The notes: a model not told the origin generated them from the letters alone. Positions 20,558 to 31,921 are shown, counted from the first letter of the stretch. The stretch is DNA of 64,000 nt from a virus (IMGVR_UViG_3300037067_013378:71614-135613); one strand, 5' to 3'. Program-made: numbers and translations.

Positions 20558-21260
20558 TTAATGTTTAATATCTAATATATTATAAATCTTTTTAATTCTA
20601 TCATAATTATTAAATTCATTTTCATTTGTGAATAAAACAATTTCATCATCTTCTAATGAATCTAATATTTCTATTTTCAAATTTTTAAATATTGAATGAC
20701 ATCCAATTTTATATATTTGTTTTATAAAATTATAATGAATAAAATCAGACACATATAAGAATTTTATTTTAACATTATTATCTTCTTCTAAACATTTTAT
20801 TATATAAAAAAAATTAGATGTAAATTTTAAACATAATGGTTGATCAACATGAATATAATCATATGTTTCTATATACTCTTTAAATATCATCTTCAATAAT
20901 ATTATTATTCAAATCTGGATAAATTTCTTTTAATTTAAGAATTCTATCTATGTTTTCAAATTCATATAAACTCGTAGTGAATATAATTTCATCATTTTTA
21001 AAATTATAAGCTTTTATATATTTTTTATATAACTTATTATATGGTTTATTAATATGATAATTACGTGAACTTACTAAATAAGAACCAATATTATATGAAA
21101 CAATTATATAATCAACATTTAAATAATTAGTTTTTATTTTAAATTCATTAGATAATGACATTATATATTTTGATAATAATGTTGCTTTATCTTTCATACT
21201 TAAAGATATCTGTTGTAATTCTTTTTCAATATCATAACCTAATTTATAAATACCTATCAT
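20558..21260 (-). CDS. Two tandem related hypothetical genes (20558-20896, 20880-21260)
   Basis: Shared DEI.(L/F)T...EF.N.DRI.K C-terminal segment. Confidence 0.55.
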
Positions 21261-21421
21261 TATTCTTCAGTGTTAAAAGATTTAGGATGTTTAGGTTTTC
21301 TTGTATAGGTTTTTTCTGATTTATGAACCTTATGCATAGATTTAAATCCTTTGTTAAGTTCAAGTTCGGCTTCTCTTGAACCTCTTCTGTTAGCTTTTAT
21401 ATAATCAGAAACTTTTTTCAT
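21260..21421 (-). CDS. 53-aa basic protein, not in ORF track; possible ArfA/BrfA-like ribosome-rescue peptide
   Basis: MKKVSDYIKANRRGSREAELELNKGFKSMHKVHKSEKTYTRKPKHPKSFNTEE; TATATTTG promoter at 21441-21448. Confidence 0.55.
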   Translation of the reverse strand: MKKVSDYIKANRRGSREAELELNKGFKSMHKVHKSEKTYTRKPKHPKSFNTEE

Positions 21422-21476
21422 AAAAGTATTTATTAAAATACAAATATAAGTTTTTTCTAAATAATAATGAAAAATA

Positions 21477-21993
21477 TTATAAAATTTCTTTTATTTTTCT
21501 TATTCTAATATTCTTTTTTGAATTATAAGAATTATCACAATCTGGATTAATACAATACTTTTTTCCAAACAGTTTTGGTTTTCTTATTCTCGATGAACGA
21601 CATATTGGACAATCACAATTAGAACCTTCTCTAATTATTCTACCAATTGGAGGTTTTGGTGGTTTTGGTGGTTCTGGTATTCTGTTATTCATCTATTTTA
21701 TTTAATTTATTTATTCTTTCTTTTCTAATTTTTTCTTTTCTTATTGTTTCTTCATCAATACCATAAATTTCAATTGGTTCACATTGTTTAATAATATATG
21801 GACATATAATTAAACCTTGATATTGTTTGTATGCTTTCCTAATATCACTATTCCAAAACTTCCAAGATTTAATTAACTTAAATAATTTTTTAGAATCTAA
21901 ACCTTTATCACCATCATCATTAATATAAACTGCAGATTTTATTCTCCAACCAAACATGGATATCATATCATCAATGTTATAGAATTTTTTCAT
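21477..21993 (-). CDS. Two small hypothetical genes (21477-21692 zinc-ribbon; 21685-21993), both with RxxK motif
   Basis: CPIC..CINPDC; end RIRKIKEIL and RINKLNKIDE. Confidence 0.55.
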
Positions 21994-22056
21994 ATAGATA
22001 ATATTTATAATTTATTTAAAAGTTTTAACTAAATTTAAAATATTTTTATTATATTT

Positions 22057-22965
22057 TTAAATATCATAAACTTTAAACCATTCTTTAAGTGTTGATTTAC
22101 CAATTTTATATTTTTGACACATTTTAGCTTTTGATTTTAAAATATTATAATCTTCTATTAATTGTTCTTTTGGTAGTATTGATTTTGTTTTAAATTGTTC
22201 AACAATATCTTTTATATTATATTTAATTAACCATTTTTTAACAGCGTTATCAGTTACATTATATTTTTTACCAACTTGTATATTACTTTTTAATATTTTG
22301 AAATCTTCTAATAATTGTTCTTTAGTTGGTATATTCTTATTCATGAAAATATTACGACACTCATTAGAACAAAATGTTTCATTAGATGTTTCTTTACCAC
22401 ATTCTTTACAGATATTTAATTTTTTTACTGTTCTTTCAACTTTAATTTTTTCTTTTTTAATGTAAATATTTGGTGTTTTAATATCTTTTATATCATCAAT
22501 TGTTTCTATAATATTTCTATTTTTTAAATTTTTTGAACGAAATGTTTCTGTTAAACTATGACAATTTGGACATAATATTTGTAGATTTTCAAGTAAATTA
22601 TTACTATTATCACCATCTATATGATGTAATTCTATTGGTATAGGCTGTCCTAACCATTCTGTATTATTACAATTCTCACATCTATGTTCTTTTAATCCTT
22701 CTTTTATTAATCTATTTTTTAATTTATGTGTATTTCTATATGGAGAATTTTTAACTAATATTTCTTCTAATGTTTGTTTAAATACACTTTTTTTATTTAT
22801 TCCTTTTCCAGATGGATTGGTAAAATAACAATTTAATTCTATTGCTCTTTTTTTAAAAGAATTAAAATGTATTCCTAATTTTTTAGCAGCTTGTGCCATA
22901 GTTAATGATGTTTTACAAACTTCAATAAATACATCATCATTAATTCTGTCTTTTATTTTTAACAT
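22057..22965 (-). CDS. HNH homing endonuclease with duplicated C-terminal HTH
   Basis: CENC..ELHHIDGDNSNNLLENLQILCPNCH. Confidence 0.9.
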   Translation of the reverse strand: MLKIKDRINDDVFIEVCKTSLTMAQAAKKLGIHFNSFKKRAIELNCYFTNPSGKGINKKSVFKQTLEEILVKNSPYRNTHKLKNRLIKEGLKEHRCENCNNTEWLGQPIPIELHHIDGDNSNNLLENLQILCPNCHSLTETFRSKNLKNRNIIETIDDIKDIKTPNIYIKKEKIKVERTVKKLNICKECGKETSNETFCSNECRNIFMNKNIPTKEQLLEDFKILKSNIQVGKKYNVTDNAVKKWLIKYNIKDIVEQFKTKSILPKEQLIEDYNILKSKAKMCQKYKIGKSTLKEWFKVYDI

Positions 22966-23052
22966 ACTTTAATATTATTTTTAAAGTATATATTAAAAAA
23001 AAGTAGGCACAAAAAGAAAAATAAATACGTGTCTATTAAATTATAGAAAATA

Positions 23053-23082
23053 AAAAAGACACTAATTGAATTAGTGTCTTTT
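23053..23082 (-). terminator. Intrinsic terminator after tRNA-Leu
   Basis: AAAAGACACTAATT/AATTAGTGTCTTTT. Confidence 0.7.
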
Positions 23083-23085
23083 AAG

Positions 23086-23174
23086 TAGCGGTAGTCGGAG
23101 TTGAACCGACAAGGCAGCTTTCGCTAACCGATTGATTTTAAGTCAATTGCGTTTCCCAATTTCGCCATACCGCC
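23086..23174 (-). tRNA. tRNA-Leu(TAA)
   Basis: ATTGA-CT TAA AA-TCAAT, long variable arm. Confidence 0.93.
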
Positions 23175-23217
23175 ATCATATAGAACAAAGTTAGTAATAA
23201 TTTTTTAATAAACAAAA

Positions 23218-23478
23218 TTAATATTCATATTTTAATATAATTTTATTATGATTACATATAATTTCATTAATTAATTTTTTATTACAATTAACCATAACAT
23301 AAACATCATCTAAATTATTTGAAGAAGTATTCAAAATATTTAATAGTTCATCTCTATCTAAATACGGTTTATTACCACTTGGATGCCAAATTACATTTTT
23401 ATTAGACAAAATAATTTCATTACTACGTATAAGTTGTGTACCATATTTAACTATGGTATATACATCATAGTTTGGCAT
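23218..23478 (-). CDS. Hypothetical protein
   Basis: ORF track. Confidence 0.45.
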   Translation of the reverse strand: MPNYDVYTIVKYGTQLIRSNEIILSNKNVIWHPSGNKPYLDRDELLNILNTSSNNLDDVYVMVNCNKKLINEIICNHNKIILKYEY

Positions 23479-23893
23479 TTTTTGTAATTTTTCAATTAAT
23501 TCTATTTTTTCATAAAATTATTTCTTATTTTTTTCTTTCTTTTCTTCTTTCTTTTCTAACTTTTTCCATTCACTCTTAGGACAATAATTATAACCATTAT
23601 TTAGATAAGACTTAACATCTTTTTCTTTAGCTCTTATTACATCGCTGTTTCTCTTTAATGTTTTCATATTAATTATTATTTTTTGTTAACAAAATACTAT
23701 TTTTATCTAATTTTTTATTGTGTTGATAAATATTATCATGTTTAAATTTTAAAGATTTTATATCAAGTTCCTTATTACCTATAATTTTTCCTTCATTAGA
23801 AAAAATAAGTTCAAATGCTCTAATATCTATCATAATTTTTATTTTTCTTCTTATATTCAACAAAACAAAATTTGTTTATTTTATTTTCATATG

Positions 23894-23967
23894 TAGCGAT
23901 GATCAGAGTTGAACTGATGACCCTTGGATTATGATTCCAATGCTCTAACCAACTGAGCTACATCGCT
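23894..23967 (-). tRNA. tRNA-Met(CAT), elongator-like
   Basis: TTGGA-AT CAT AA-TCCAA. Confidence 0.92.
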
Positions 23968-23970
23968 ATT

Positions 23971-24363
23971 TTAGCTTAAAATTTCTTTTGAAATTTGGCT
24001 TGCCATTTTTAAATCAATAGAATTAATAATAGGTAATTTTTTTAATTCAACAATAATTTTACCCATATCTTTCATACCAGAAAAATTATTTTTTGAAATG
24101 ATATCACTTATAATATTTTTAGTTTGATCGTAACTAATAGTTACTGGTAAATATTCATTTATAATAGAAACTTCCATATTATTCTTCATCATTTCAGCAT
24201 TTTCCTTCATTTTACGAAGTATTTTTAAAATATCTTCGTCACTAACATCTTTACCAATTCTATTCATTTCTCCAATAAAAACTCTTAACAAAGACTTTTT
24301 ATTTTCATTCTTATCAAGCATAGCTTGTTTAAGATCACTTTGTATTCTTTCTTGTAGTTTCAT
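23971..24363 (-). CDS. GatB/YqeY domain protein (true start 24363)
   Basis: MKLQERIQSDLKQAML..EYLP..MKDMGKI; track start lies inside a tRNA. Confidence 0.85.
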   Translation of the reverse strand: MKLQERIQSDLKQAMLDKNENKKSLLRVFIGEMNRIGKDVSDEDILKILRKMKENAEMMKNNMEVSIINEYLPVTISYDQTKNIISDIISKNNFSGMKDMGKIIVELKKLPIINSIDLKMASQISKEILS

Positions 24364-24381
24364 AGATTTATAATTATTTAG

Positions 24382-24455
24382 TGGCGGGAGATGGACTCGA
24401 ACCATCGACCTTCAGGTTATGGGCCTGACGAGCTACCAACTGCTACCATCCCGCA
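24382..24455 (-). tRNA. tRNA-fMet-like (CAT) with C33
   Basis: TGCGGGATGG..GGTAGCTCG, TCAGG-CC CAT AA-CCTGA, 1:72 mismatch. Confidence 0.9.
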
Positions 24456-24503
24456 ATATGTCTATTCAAATATAATATATTTTTTATCATTTAACAAAAA
24501 AGA

Positions 24504-26033
24504 TTAAATAAAATTTTTTATTTTTTCTTTTCTTAGTTCTTTAAGTAAATTTAATTTAACTTCAAATATATCAGAACCTCTAACTCTATAAAATCTTACC
24601 ATTATATTTAATTTATTATTAGTATAGATATCAAATAAACTTAAACCATATAATTTTAATAAATCTTTAATATTATTTTCAATTATTTCTGGTTTTAATT
24701 CTGAATTTTTTAAAGATAATAATTTATGTATAATATTATTTTTGTAATTATTACAAACTTTATTATAATCAGATTGTGTCATTTTCTATATTTGTTAATT
24801 TAAGTTTTCTAATTACCTTATCAATATTACTTATATTTACTTTAAAAAATTTAATATATTGATGTTTGTTATAACATAATATAATTTTATCGGTTTCTAT
24901 TTTATCAAAAATTTCTATTATTATTTCAGCTTTGTCGTTTATATTACTGGAAGATTTTTTACATTTTTTTAATGTGTTTGATATTAGATTAATTAATTGT
25001 GTGTTACTATAAAAACAAACTTCATTGAAATCAGTTTTCATTTTATTTAATACATTTATATAAATATCATCTATATTCATTTAAAAAAATATTTTATTTT
25101 CTTTTTTAAATATCTGCATATATTCTTTAAGATTTTCCACAATTTCTTTTTTAGACAATTTTCTAATTTCTTTATCATTAAAAATATTTTCGTATAATTC
25201 TCTAAAGAATTCTAACAATAATTTTTCTTTATTATTATTTACTATATATTTTAATTCTACAATTTCATCTTTCAGTTCATCCACTTCTTTTTGAAGTTCT
25301 AATATTTTATCTTTATCATCCATGTTAATTAATCATTAAAAATATTATTTAATTTATATTTTCTTATAATTTGAGTTATTCTTTTTTTATTAATATAAAA
25401 TACTGGATAAGCTCTACCTTCAATTGATATTATAATTTTTATTATTTTCTAATTTATATATAAAAGTTGATATTTCATTTTCTCTATATGCAATAGAGAA
25501 AAGTGAATATACATCTTCAATTAATATATACAAATTTTGAAAATTTATTTCCGTTTTATTTGAAAACTTTTCTAATAATTTTTCTAATATATACAATTCA
25601 AATTTTATCATGATTTATTAAAAATTGGATTTTCTATTATGTTATATTTTCTTTTATTTTTTATTTCCAAAGCATTATTTATTTTTAAAATTCTACTATA
25701 TTTTTTTCTTTCAGTTTCTATATGTTCAAAAAAATGTTTACTTTTTTCATTTAAAGTTTCATTAATAATACCATCACAAAAACCACTATAAGATGATAAT
25801 TTGATTAATAAAAAATTAAGATTAAGATTATTTTGTCTTATTATATTTTTTAATAATGTAGTATCATCATATTTATTAGTTTTTGTTACAATAAAAATAT
25901 TATTATAATAAACAAAATAATAAATTGAATCTTCTACTTTAGTTGTTTGTAACATATAATAATCTAAAGTTTTTATTAAATTAATATAATTTTTTTCTAT
26001 ATTATTATTAAATACGTGTAATAAAAATTCCAT
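24504..26033 (-). CDS. Cluster of small hypothetical genes (24504-24782, 24769-25080, 25081-25323, 25420-25611, 25608-26033)
   Basis: Abutting co-oriented ORFs, three with RxxK motif. Confidence 0.55.
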
Positions 26034-26049
26034 AGTTTTAATTTTTTTG

Positions 26050-26135
26050 AGATGGGTGTGAGATTCGAACTCACGCTGGCATTTTATTGCAACAATTTTG
26101 CAGATTGTTCCCTTCAACCACTCAGGCAACCCATC
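26050..26135 (-). tRNA. tRNA-Cys(GCA) with long variable arm
   Basis: ACAAT-CT GCA AA-ATTGT, U73, 86 nt. Confidence 0.88.
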
Positions 26136-26659
26136 ATATAATCAATAGTTTTTTCTTCGTATATTCTTCTTATTTTATTTTTTAAAACATTTTCAATATG
26201 TGTTATATTTACATTATTTAAATTTATTTTTTCTAATATTGAAAGAGTTTCTTCTGAAAGAACCCACTGCAATTCTAATTTAATTTTATATTCAAAATTT
26301 TCTTGTATATTTTTAATAATTAAAGGTGAATCTGACCATCCACCATATTTAAGAAAATATTCTATATCATTATAATTAAACAAAGAAACTGCACCCATAT
26401 AAACATATTGTTTATTATTTGGATATTTATCATCAAGAAATTTTAATTTTGGATTTAATTCTAATAATTTATTATACCTTTCTAATGTAGGTTTATTATT
26501 ATCACTAAATCTAAAATCATTCAAAAAAGATAAATTCCAGTTTTCATATAATTTACAATCTAAAATTAAAGATAAAAACAAACTATAAAAACATTCATGT
26601 TTTTGTTTATTATCATGAATATAATATTTTTCATTATTTGTTTTTATTAAAGATAACAT
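26114..26659 (-). CDS. Hypothetical protein; stop codon lies inside tRNA-Cys
   Basis: ORF track. Confidence 0.55.
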   Translation of the reverse strand: MLSLIKTNNEKYYIHDNKQKHECFYSLFLSLILDCKLYENWNLSFLNDFRFSDNNKPTLERYNKLLELNPKLKFLDDKYPNNKQYVYMGAVSLFNYNDIEYFLKYGGWSDSPLIIKNIQENFEYKIKLELQWVLSEETLSILEKINLNNVNITHIENVLKNKIRRIYEEKTIDYMMGCLSG

Positions 26660-26807
26660 AATAGTTTAAAATATTAATATAAAATTATAAGACAATATAA
26701 ATTAATAACAATAAAAATAATTAAACAGATTATACCAACAATATTTTGATATTTATTATACCATATATCACTATTAAAAAAATTAATAATATTTTTAATT
26801 TTATTTA

Positions 26808-27248
26808 TCATAATATTTTATTTAATTTATGAACTCTTTGAATTTTTTTAACACTTTCTTTATTTGTTATTTTTGTTGTATTTAAATTTTCTGGAATTAT
26901 ATTCAATATTAAATATTTCTTTTCTTTTCTTGAAACTCTTGATATATATCCACATCTACATAAAGAATTAAGATAATTATCTATTTTTTTATTAGCTGAA
27001 TCATTCATAAAATTATAATACTCACTATCATTAATATCAAAAATATCATCAACCTTATAAGAATTAATAAAATCAATTAAATAATTAAAAGGTTTCTTAT
27101 AATGTAAAAGATATCTTTCACATAAAAAATAAGAATAAGTATCATGTTGTATATGACCTAATTTTAACAAATTTAATATAGATGCTATAAATTTTATATT
27201 ATCTACATCTTTTCTTTTTTTCAGTATATCTATTTCTCTTGCTTCCAT
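26808..27248 (-). CDS. Hypothetical, winged-helix-like, with RxxK motif
   Basis: IDNYLNSLCRCGYISR; ends RVHKLNKIL. Confidence 0.55.
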   Translation of the reverse strand: MEAREIDILKKRKDVDNIKFIASILNLLKLGHIQHDTYSYFLCERYLLHYKKPFNYLIDFINSYKVDDIFDINDSEYYNFMNDSANKKIDNYLNSLCRCGYISRVSRKEKKYLILNIIPENLNTTKITNKESVKKIQRVHKLNKIL

Positions 27249-27253
27249 TCTTT

Positions 27254-28531
27254 TTATTTTTTACTCTTATCATATGTTCTGGACTTAGCTTTGAAAGATA
27301 ATCTGTTAAAATTCGACCTACAAATTTTAGATTTCAATATATCATCTTTTGCTATAAAAACCCAACCTTCTGCTAATTGTGTTGGATTATTACCGAAAAC
27401 AGTGTAAAAATTATCTACATCTTTAAGTAACATTTCAGATGTTTCTGGTAATTTAAAATTATTATCAAGAATAGGAACTGTGTTTAACATCATTTCTTTA
27501 ATCATATCAATGAATTCATCATATGGGTAATAAAGAGATGTTTTAATATCAAAACTATTGTAAAAACAAATAGTTTTTTCTTTCAGTTTATAAATATTAC
27601 CTTGAATACCATCACCAACCAATTCACCTTGCAAAGAAAAATTAGGAATATTAAATTTAGAAGAAAATTCCCTCATTTTTTCTTCTACATTTAATTTTAT
27701 TGTAGTACTCCAATAATAGTTTACCAATTCATCATTCTCTGGTTTTTTGTAATTTATATTTCTACCACAAACACTAAACTCACCATTTTTTAAATTACAT
27801 GCGATGCTTGTACCTTCAAGTTTTTCGGTCTTATAATACAAGAATTGTTTTAATTTCTCATAATTTTTTTCCAAATTTTCAACTCTTTCTTCATCACTAA
27901 CCAAAATACCTACTTGTGCTAAATCACCAAGTACAATACCACCGTTAGAATTAACTTCAGGTGCTACATATTGAATAATACCTATAATATCAGTAACATC
28001 AAAATCTTCATCTAAAACTCTAACGTTTTTATTATATTCATTATTTGTTTGTTCAATAAAAACCTTATTGTTATTTGTAAATATTTTAGTGTTTTTATTA
28101 TTCAAAATTGATAATGGAAAACAAATACCTTGTGAAATCTGACCAAAAATTTCTCTTGTTTTAATACGAAATTTTCTTTCCCTTAAAAATTCAAATTCTG
28201 GTCTTGTGTTTTGTTTAGAAATTTCTTCCATTTCTTTCTTTATAGAAATTTTTTCTTCATCAACTTTTGATTTAGATAATTTCTTCTGTAATTCTTTCCA
28301 ACTCTGTTGTAATTCTTGTGATAAACCATCAGGCAAAACAGAATCAACTTCAACATATATACACAAATCACCAGCTTTAAACTCATTCTTCTTAACTACA
28401 ACATTCCAACCTCTAACTTTAGCTAATTCTAAATTATCAGAATCTTCAATTTGTGAAATATTTAAAATCTTTGCAACAGTTGCAAGTTTTCTGATATTTG
28501 CTGTTTCATTGATGTTTTGTACGTTTTCCAT
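27254..28531 (-). CDS. RNA ligase, DRB0094/Rnl2-related family
   Basis: RKLATV..GWNVVV..DSVLP N-domain; TEKLEGTS (motif I), QGELVG, EGWV, SFKAKS. Confidence 0.9.
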   Translation of the reverse strand: MENVQNINETANIRKLATVAKILNISQIEDSDNLELAKVRGWNVVVKKNEFKAGDLCIYVEVDSVLPDGLSQELQQSWKELQKKLSKSKVDEEKISIKKEMEEISKQNTRPEFEFLRERKFRIKTREIFGQISQGICFPLSILNNKNTKIFTNNNKVFIEQTNNEYNKNVRVLDEDFDVTDIIGIIQYVAPEVNSNGGIVLGDLAQVGILVSDEERVENLEKNYEKLKQFLYYKTEKLEGTSIACNLKNGEFSVCGRNINYKKPENDELVNYYWSTTIKLNVEEKMREFSSKFNIPNFSLQGELVGDGIQGNIYKLKEKTICFYNSFDIKTSLYYPYDEFIDMIKEMMLNTVPILDNNFKLPETSEMLLKDVDNFYTVFGNNPTQLAEGWVFIAKDDILKSKICRSNFNRLSFKAKSRTYDKSKK

Positions 28532-28538
28532 AATTTCA

Positions 28539-28937
28539 TTATTTTATTTTAGTCCAAACAATTTTCAGTGAATCTTCTTTTGATATCCAAATCATTTTAT
28601 TATTCTTAATTGAAAATAAAAAATTGATTTTGTTATCTTTATTTATATCTGTTTTTTCAAAATATGTTGAATCTTTAAAATATTGTTTATTTAAAATTAT
28701 ATTATCTGAAATAATATTAAATGAATCCGTAGGATATTTAAAACTTATTTTTTGGTCTGTTAATTGCAAATAATAAATATTATCGTGTGTAAAAATACAT
28801 TGAAACCAAAAATCATCATCATAATAAGTAAATCTCTCAGATTGCCACTTACCATAAATGTTATCATTTAATGTAGTTATATCTTTATTACAACCACAAA
28901 AAATAATCATCAATATTATTAAATGTAATTTTTTCAT
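28539..28937 (-). CDS. Putative lipoprotein (lipocalin-like)
   Basis: Signal ending FCGC; IYGKW. Confidence 0.55.
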   Translation of the reverse strand: MKKLHLIILMIIFCGCNKDITTLNDNIYGKWQSERFTYYDDDFWFQCIFTHDNIYYLQLTDQKISFKYPTDSFNIISDNIILNKQYFKDSTYFEKTDINKDNKINFLFSIKNNKMIWISKEDSLKIVWTKIK

Positions 28938-29305
28938 ATATCTTTATCTGCTTTTCTTTTATTACAAATTTCACACATAGTTCTATAATTAGATATTATA
29001 TTTTTTCCACCTTTAGATTTTGCTTTTATATGATCTTTTGTAAACAAAATCTCTTTTCCATCAGAATTCACACCATATAAATTTAAATGATAATTTAATG
29101 ATGGGTCTTCTTTAATTCTTTCAACAGCAAAATATTTTCCTTCTATACCACAATCACAACACTTAATACTATTTTGAAACACTTTATATCTTTGTGATGT
29201 AATTTTAACTGGTACATTAAATAATGTAATATATTCATTTTTACCTGTTTTGTTTTTTAAATCAGGTAAAATATTCAAATCTATTATTCCAACTCTAATT
29301 ATCAT
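28934..29305 (-). CDS. Small HNH endonuclease
   Basis: CCDCG..TKDHIKAKSKGG..N..MCEICN..K. Confidence 0.85.
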   Translation of the reverse strand: MIIRVGIIDLNILPDLKNKTGKNEYITLFNVPVKITSQRYKVFQNSIKCCDCGIEGKYFAVERIKEDPSLNYHLNLYGVNSDGKEILFTKDHIKAKSKGGKNIISNYRTMCEICNKRKADKDI

Positions 29306-29405
29306 AAAAAATTATATAGCTGCATAAATAGCAACAAATGTTATACTTATAATCATAAATATAAGTAAAACAACATACCAATTAATTGAAAATGTTTTCA
29401 TAATA

Positions 29406-29699
29406 TTATACATTATTATATTTAGAAACTAATTCATCTCTCAAATCATCAGTATATTTTGAATTAGGTATAAAAATGATGTTTGTACCAATACCACCAA
29501 TAGTTGATGGTTTATGAAAAACATAAAAATTGGTATCTCTTTTAATCCTATCTGAAATGTTACCAGATGAATTATATACATGTACTAATGTAAAAGTGTC
29601 GTTAATCTTATTATTTCTTATATCTTTAAGAAGTTCAATAACATTATCCATATCATCAAGAGATAGATTTGAAAATTCGTTTACAATTGTTTGTATCAT
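29406..29699 (-). CDS. Hypothetical protein (likely start 29699)
   Basis: TATATTTG promoter just upstream. Confidence 0.5.
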   Translation of the reverse strand: MIQTIVNEFSNLSLDDMDNVIELLKDIRNNKINDTFTLVHVYNSSGNISDRIKRDTNFYVFHKPSTIGGIGTNIIFIPNSKYTDDLRDELVSKYNNV

Positions 29700-29751
29700 A
29701 ATATTAAAATTTGACACAAATATAAGAATTTTTTGTTGAAATAAAAAATAA

Positions 29752-30648
29752 TTAATAATAATATGTTTTTTTATAATCATTTTCTAAAAAATAGGCATAT
29801 TTTATTAAAAAATTTTTTTCATAACCACCAGCGACTTCATCTGAATTTACATAAACCAAATTATTAAAATAATCAATATTTTCTTTATATTGTTCTTTTA
29901 TATAATACCAATTAAAACCACCATCTTGAACAATTATTTTATTAAAATTAGTAGATAAAATAGTTAATTTTTTTGTAAATGTAATATATAAAGCATACTT
30001 ATGACTAATTGGATAATATAAAAAATCATTACTCATGATTATATTGATATCACCTGTTATAAATGGGTACTTATTAAATAAACTATTTTTAATAAAAAAC
30101 CATTTACTGTTACAATTTAGTAAATAACTTAAATATTTTTGTTTTTCACTTGAATTTAAAAAACATAAATGAGCATCTTTTATATTTATATTAGAAACCT
30201 CTTTAAAAATATTGTTTAATTCAATTTCTATTATTTTTCTAATTTTATTTGATCTAAGCCATTCATAAATCAAATATTCAGCTATTAAAGGATATTTTTC
30301 TTTTATATCTAAATTTATATCACCAGATTCTATAATTTCGAAAATATTTGAAAAAATATCTTTAGCCTTTTGTTCGCTTTTTCCTAATATAGATGTTTCT
30401 ACATAATAAACATCATTTAAATTTAAGTGTTTTGCCATTTCATCAGATAATCTATAATAATTATTTTTACTAAAAACCTCTTCACATGTTCTTTCACCAT
30501 GTTCATTATAAATGTTTTTATTATTTTTTACCAAATAAAAAATTTTAGATTGTCTGTCATATGAATTATCATATGAAAAGTTTATTAATTGTGCCATTAT
30601 TGGACTTATATGATGATTTTGTGCCATTACTAAATTATTAATTTTCAT
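29752..30648 (-). CDS. DUF4238-like protein
   Basis: QNHHISP N-terminus; FITGD..YYPISHKYAL. Confidence 0.55.
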   Translation of the reverse strand: MKINNLVMAQNHHISPIMAQLINFSYDNSYDRQSKIFYLVKNNKNIYNEHGERTCEEVFSKNNYYRLSDEMAKHLNLNDVYYVETSILGKSEQKAKDIFSNIFEIIESGDINLDIKEKYPLIAEYLIYEWLRSNKIRKIIEIELNNIFKEVSNINIKDAHLCFLNSSEKQKYLSYLLNCNSKWFFIKNSLFNKYPFITGDINIIMSNDFLYYPISHKYALYITFTKKLTILSTNFNKIIVQDGGFNWYYIKEQYKENIDYFNNLVYVNSDEVAGGYEKNFLIKYAYFLENDYKKTYYY

Positions 30649-31348
30649 AATTTTTTAACCATTTTCTTATAGAATTATCTGAAACATTATATTTTCTTCC
30701 TGTTCCAGAATAACCTAATTCATTAATTTCAATAATTAATTGTTCATATGGTGGTCTTTCAACTTTTCTTTTTTTAGAATCTTTCTTATAACATTCTAAA
30801 CATCTATCACTATTTTTTGCCATTATATTACCGCATTCAGGACAAATATGTTCCTTTTTTTCTTTTTTAATTTTAATAGGTTGTATTTTACTTTTAAGAT
30901 TTTTTCCACAATGTGTATCAAGTGTTGCATTACAATTTGGACAAACAATTCTTAAATTTTCTATTCTGTTATCATTAGGTACACCATTTTTATGGTCTAA
31001 AATTAAACTCATATGCTTACCATTCCATTCTTCTCCTTGTCCACACATTTCACATATTCTTTCTTTTAATCCTTCTTTATATAATCTTTCTTTTAAATGA
31101 TTTGATGATTTATAATCTGATTTTTCTACTAAAATTTCTGTTAAATCTCTCTTAATATAATTTTGATTTAATAAATTTTTAGTTCTTCCAAAATGACTAA
31201 TATCAATATTAAATAATTTTATATAAGATGTTAAAGTATTATAATTACCTCCAAAATTTTTTAAGTTTAAATTTTTTAAAACATCTGTTTTATTATTAGA
31301 ATTTAATATAATTTCTCTTAATTCTTTTTCTGTAATATTCCATTTCAT
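30638..31348 (-). CDS. HNH homing endonuclease with C-terminal HTH
   Basis: LDHKNGVPNDNRIENLRIVCPNC; GRKYNVSDNSIRKW. Confidence 0.9.
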   Translation of the reverse strand: MKWNITEKELREIILNSNNKTDVLKNLNLKNFGGNYNTLTSYIKLFNIDISHFGRTKNLLNQNYIKRDLTEILVEKSDYKSSNHLKERLYKEGLKERICEMCGQGEEWNGKHMSLILDHKNGVPNDNRIENLRIVCPNCNATLDTHCGKNLKSKIQPIKIKKEKKEHICPECGNIMAKNSDRCLECYKKDSKKRKVERPPYEQLIIEINELGYSGTGRKYNVSDNSIRKWLKNYEN

Positions 31349-31412
31349 AATAGATTCTGTTATTTTTTAATTTATATATTAAAAAATATCGAACCCATTC
31401 GGAAAAAAAATG

Positions 31413-31495
31413 TGGGTGCAGAGAGATTCGAACTCCCGAAGTCCTAAGACTGATGCTCTACAGGCATCCGCAGTTGACCACTTTGCTATACACCC
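31413..31495 (-). tRNA. tRNA-Tyr(GTA)
   Basis: GATGC-CT GTA GA-GCATC, long variable arm. Confidence 0.93.
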
Positions 31496-31528
31496 ATTTA
31501 ATAAAAAAAGAAGTGTAATATATTTCAA

Positions 31529-31921
31529 TTACACTTCTTCATCTTTAAACAGTTCTTTTAATTTCAGATAACGAACTTTTTTCACCAAAAAACCTTGAAT
31601 TATTTTCTTCATTTCCTCATTCGAACCGAAGTAAGAATGATCAGATAATAAATACAACAATTCAACTTTTTCAGGTTCAAATTGTCCTTCAAATCCATAA
31701 CAAGAACAGTGTCCACCATGAACCTCATACAGTTCACCCGAAGATTTCTCTAAGAGTAAAAAATAAGAAGATTCTTCATACCCATCGCCATTAACTTCAG
31801 CAATTAAGATAAAGTATCTTTCTATCTCATGTTTTTCAACATGGTAGCTATATACAACATCATTAACAACATCGTCATATGACATACCTGAGTAGTCATC
31901 TAAAAATAAAAATTTTTCCAT
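31529..31921 (-). CDS. Hypothetical phage protein
   Basis: LYEVHGGHCSCYGFEGQ; RYLKLKELF. Confidence 0.7.
   Translation of the reverse strand: MEKFLFLDDYSGMSYDDVVNDVVYSYHVEKHEIERYFILIAEVNGDGYEESSYFLLLEKSSGELYEVHGGHCSCYGFEGQFEPEKVELLYLLSDHSYFGSNEEMKKIIQGFLVKKVRYLKLKELFKDEEV

Noticed and set aside
24364-26129. Track N-terminal extensions of ORFs 23971 and 25608
   Set aside because: The extensions start inside tRNA genes; downstream ATGs at 24363 and 26033 are more plausible.
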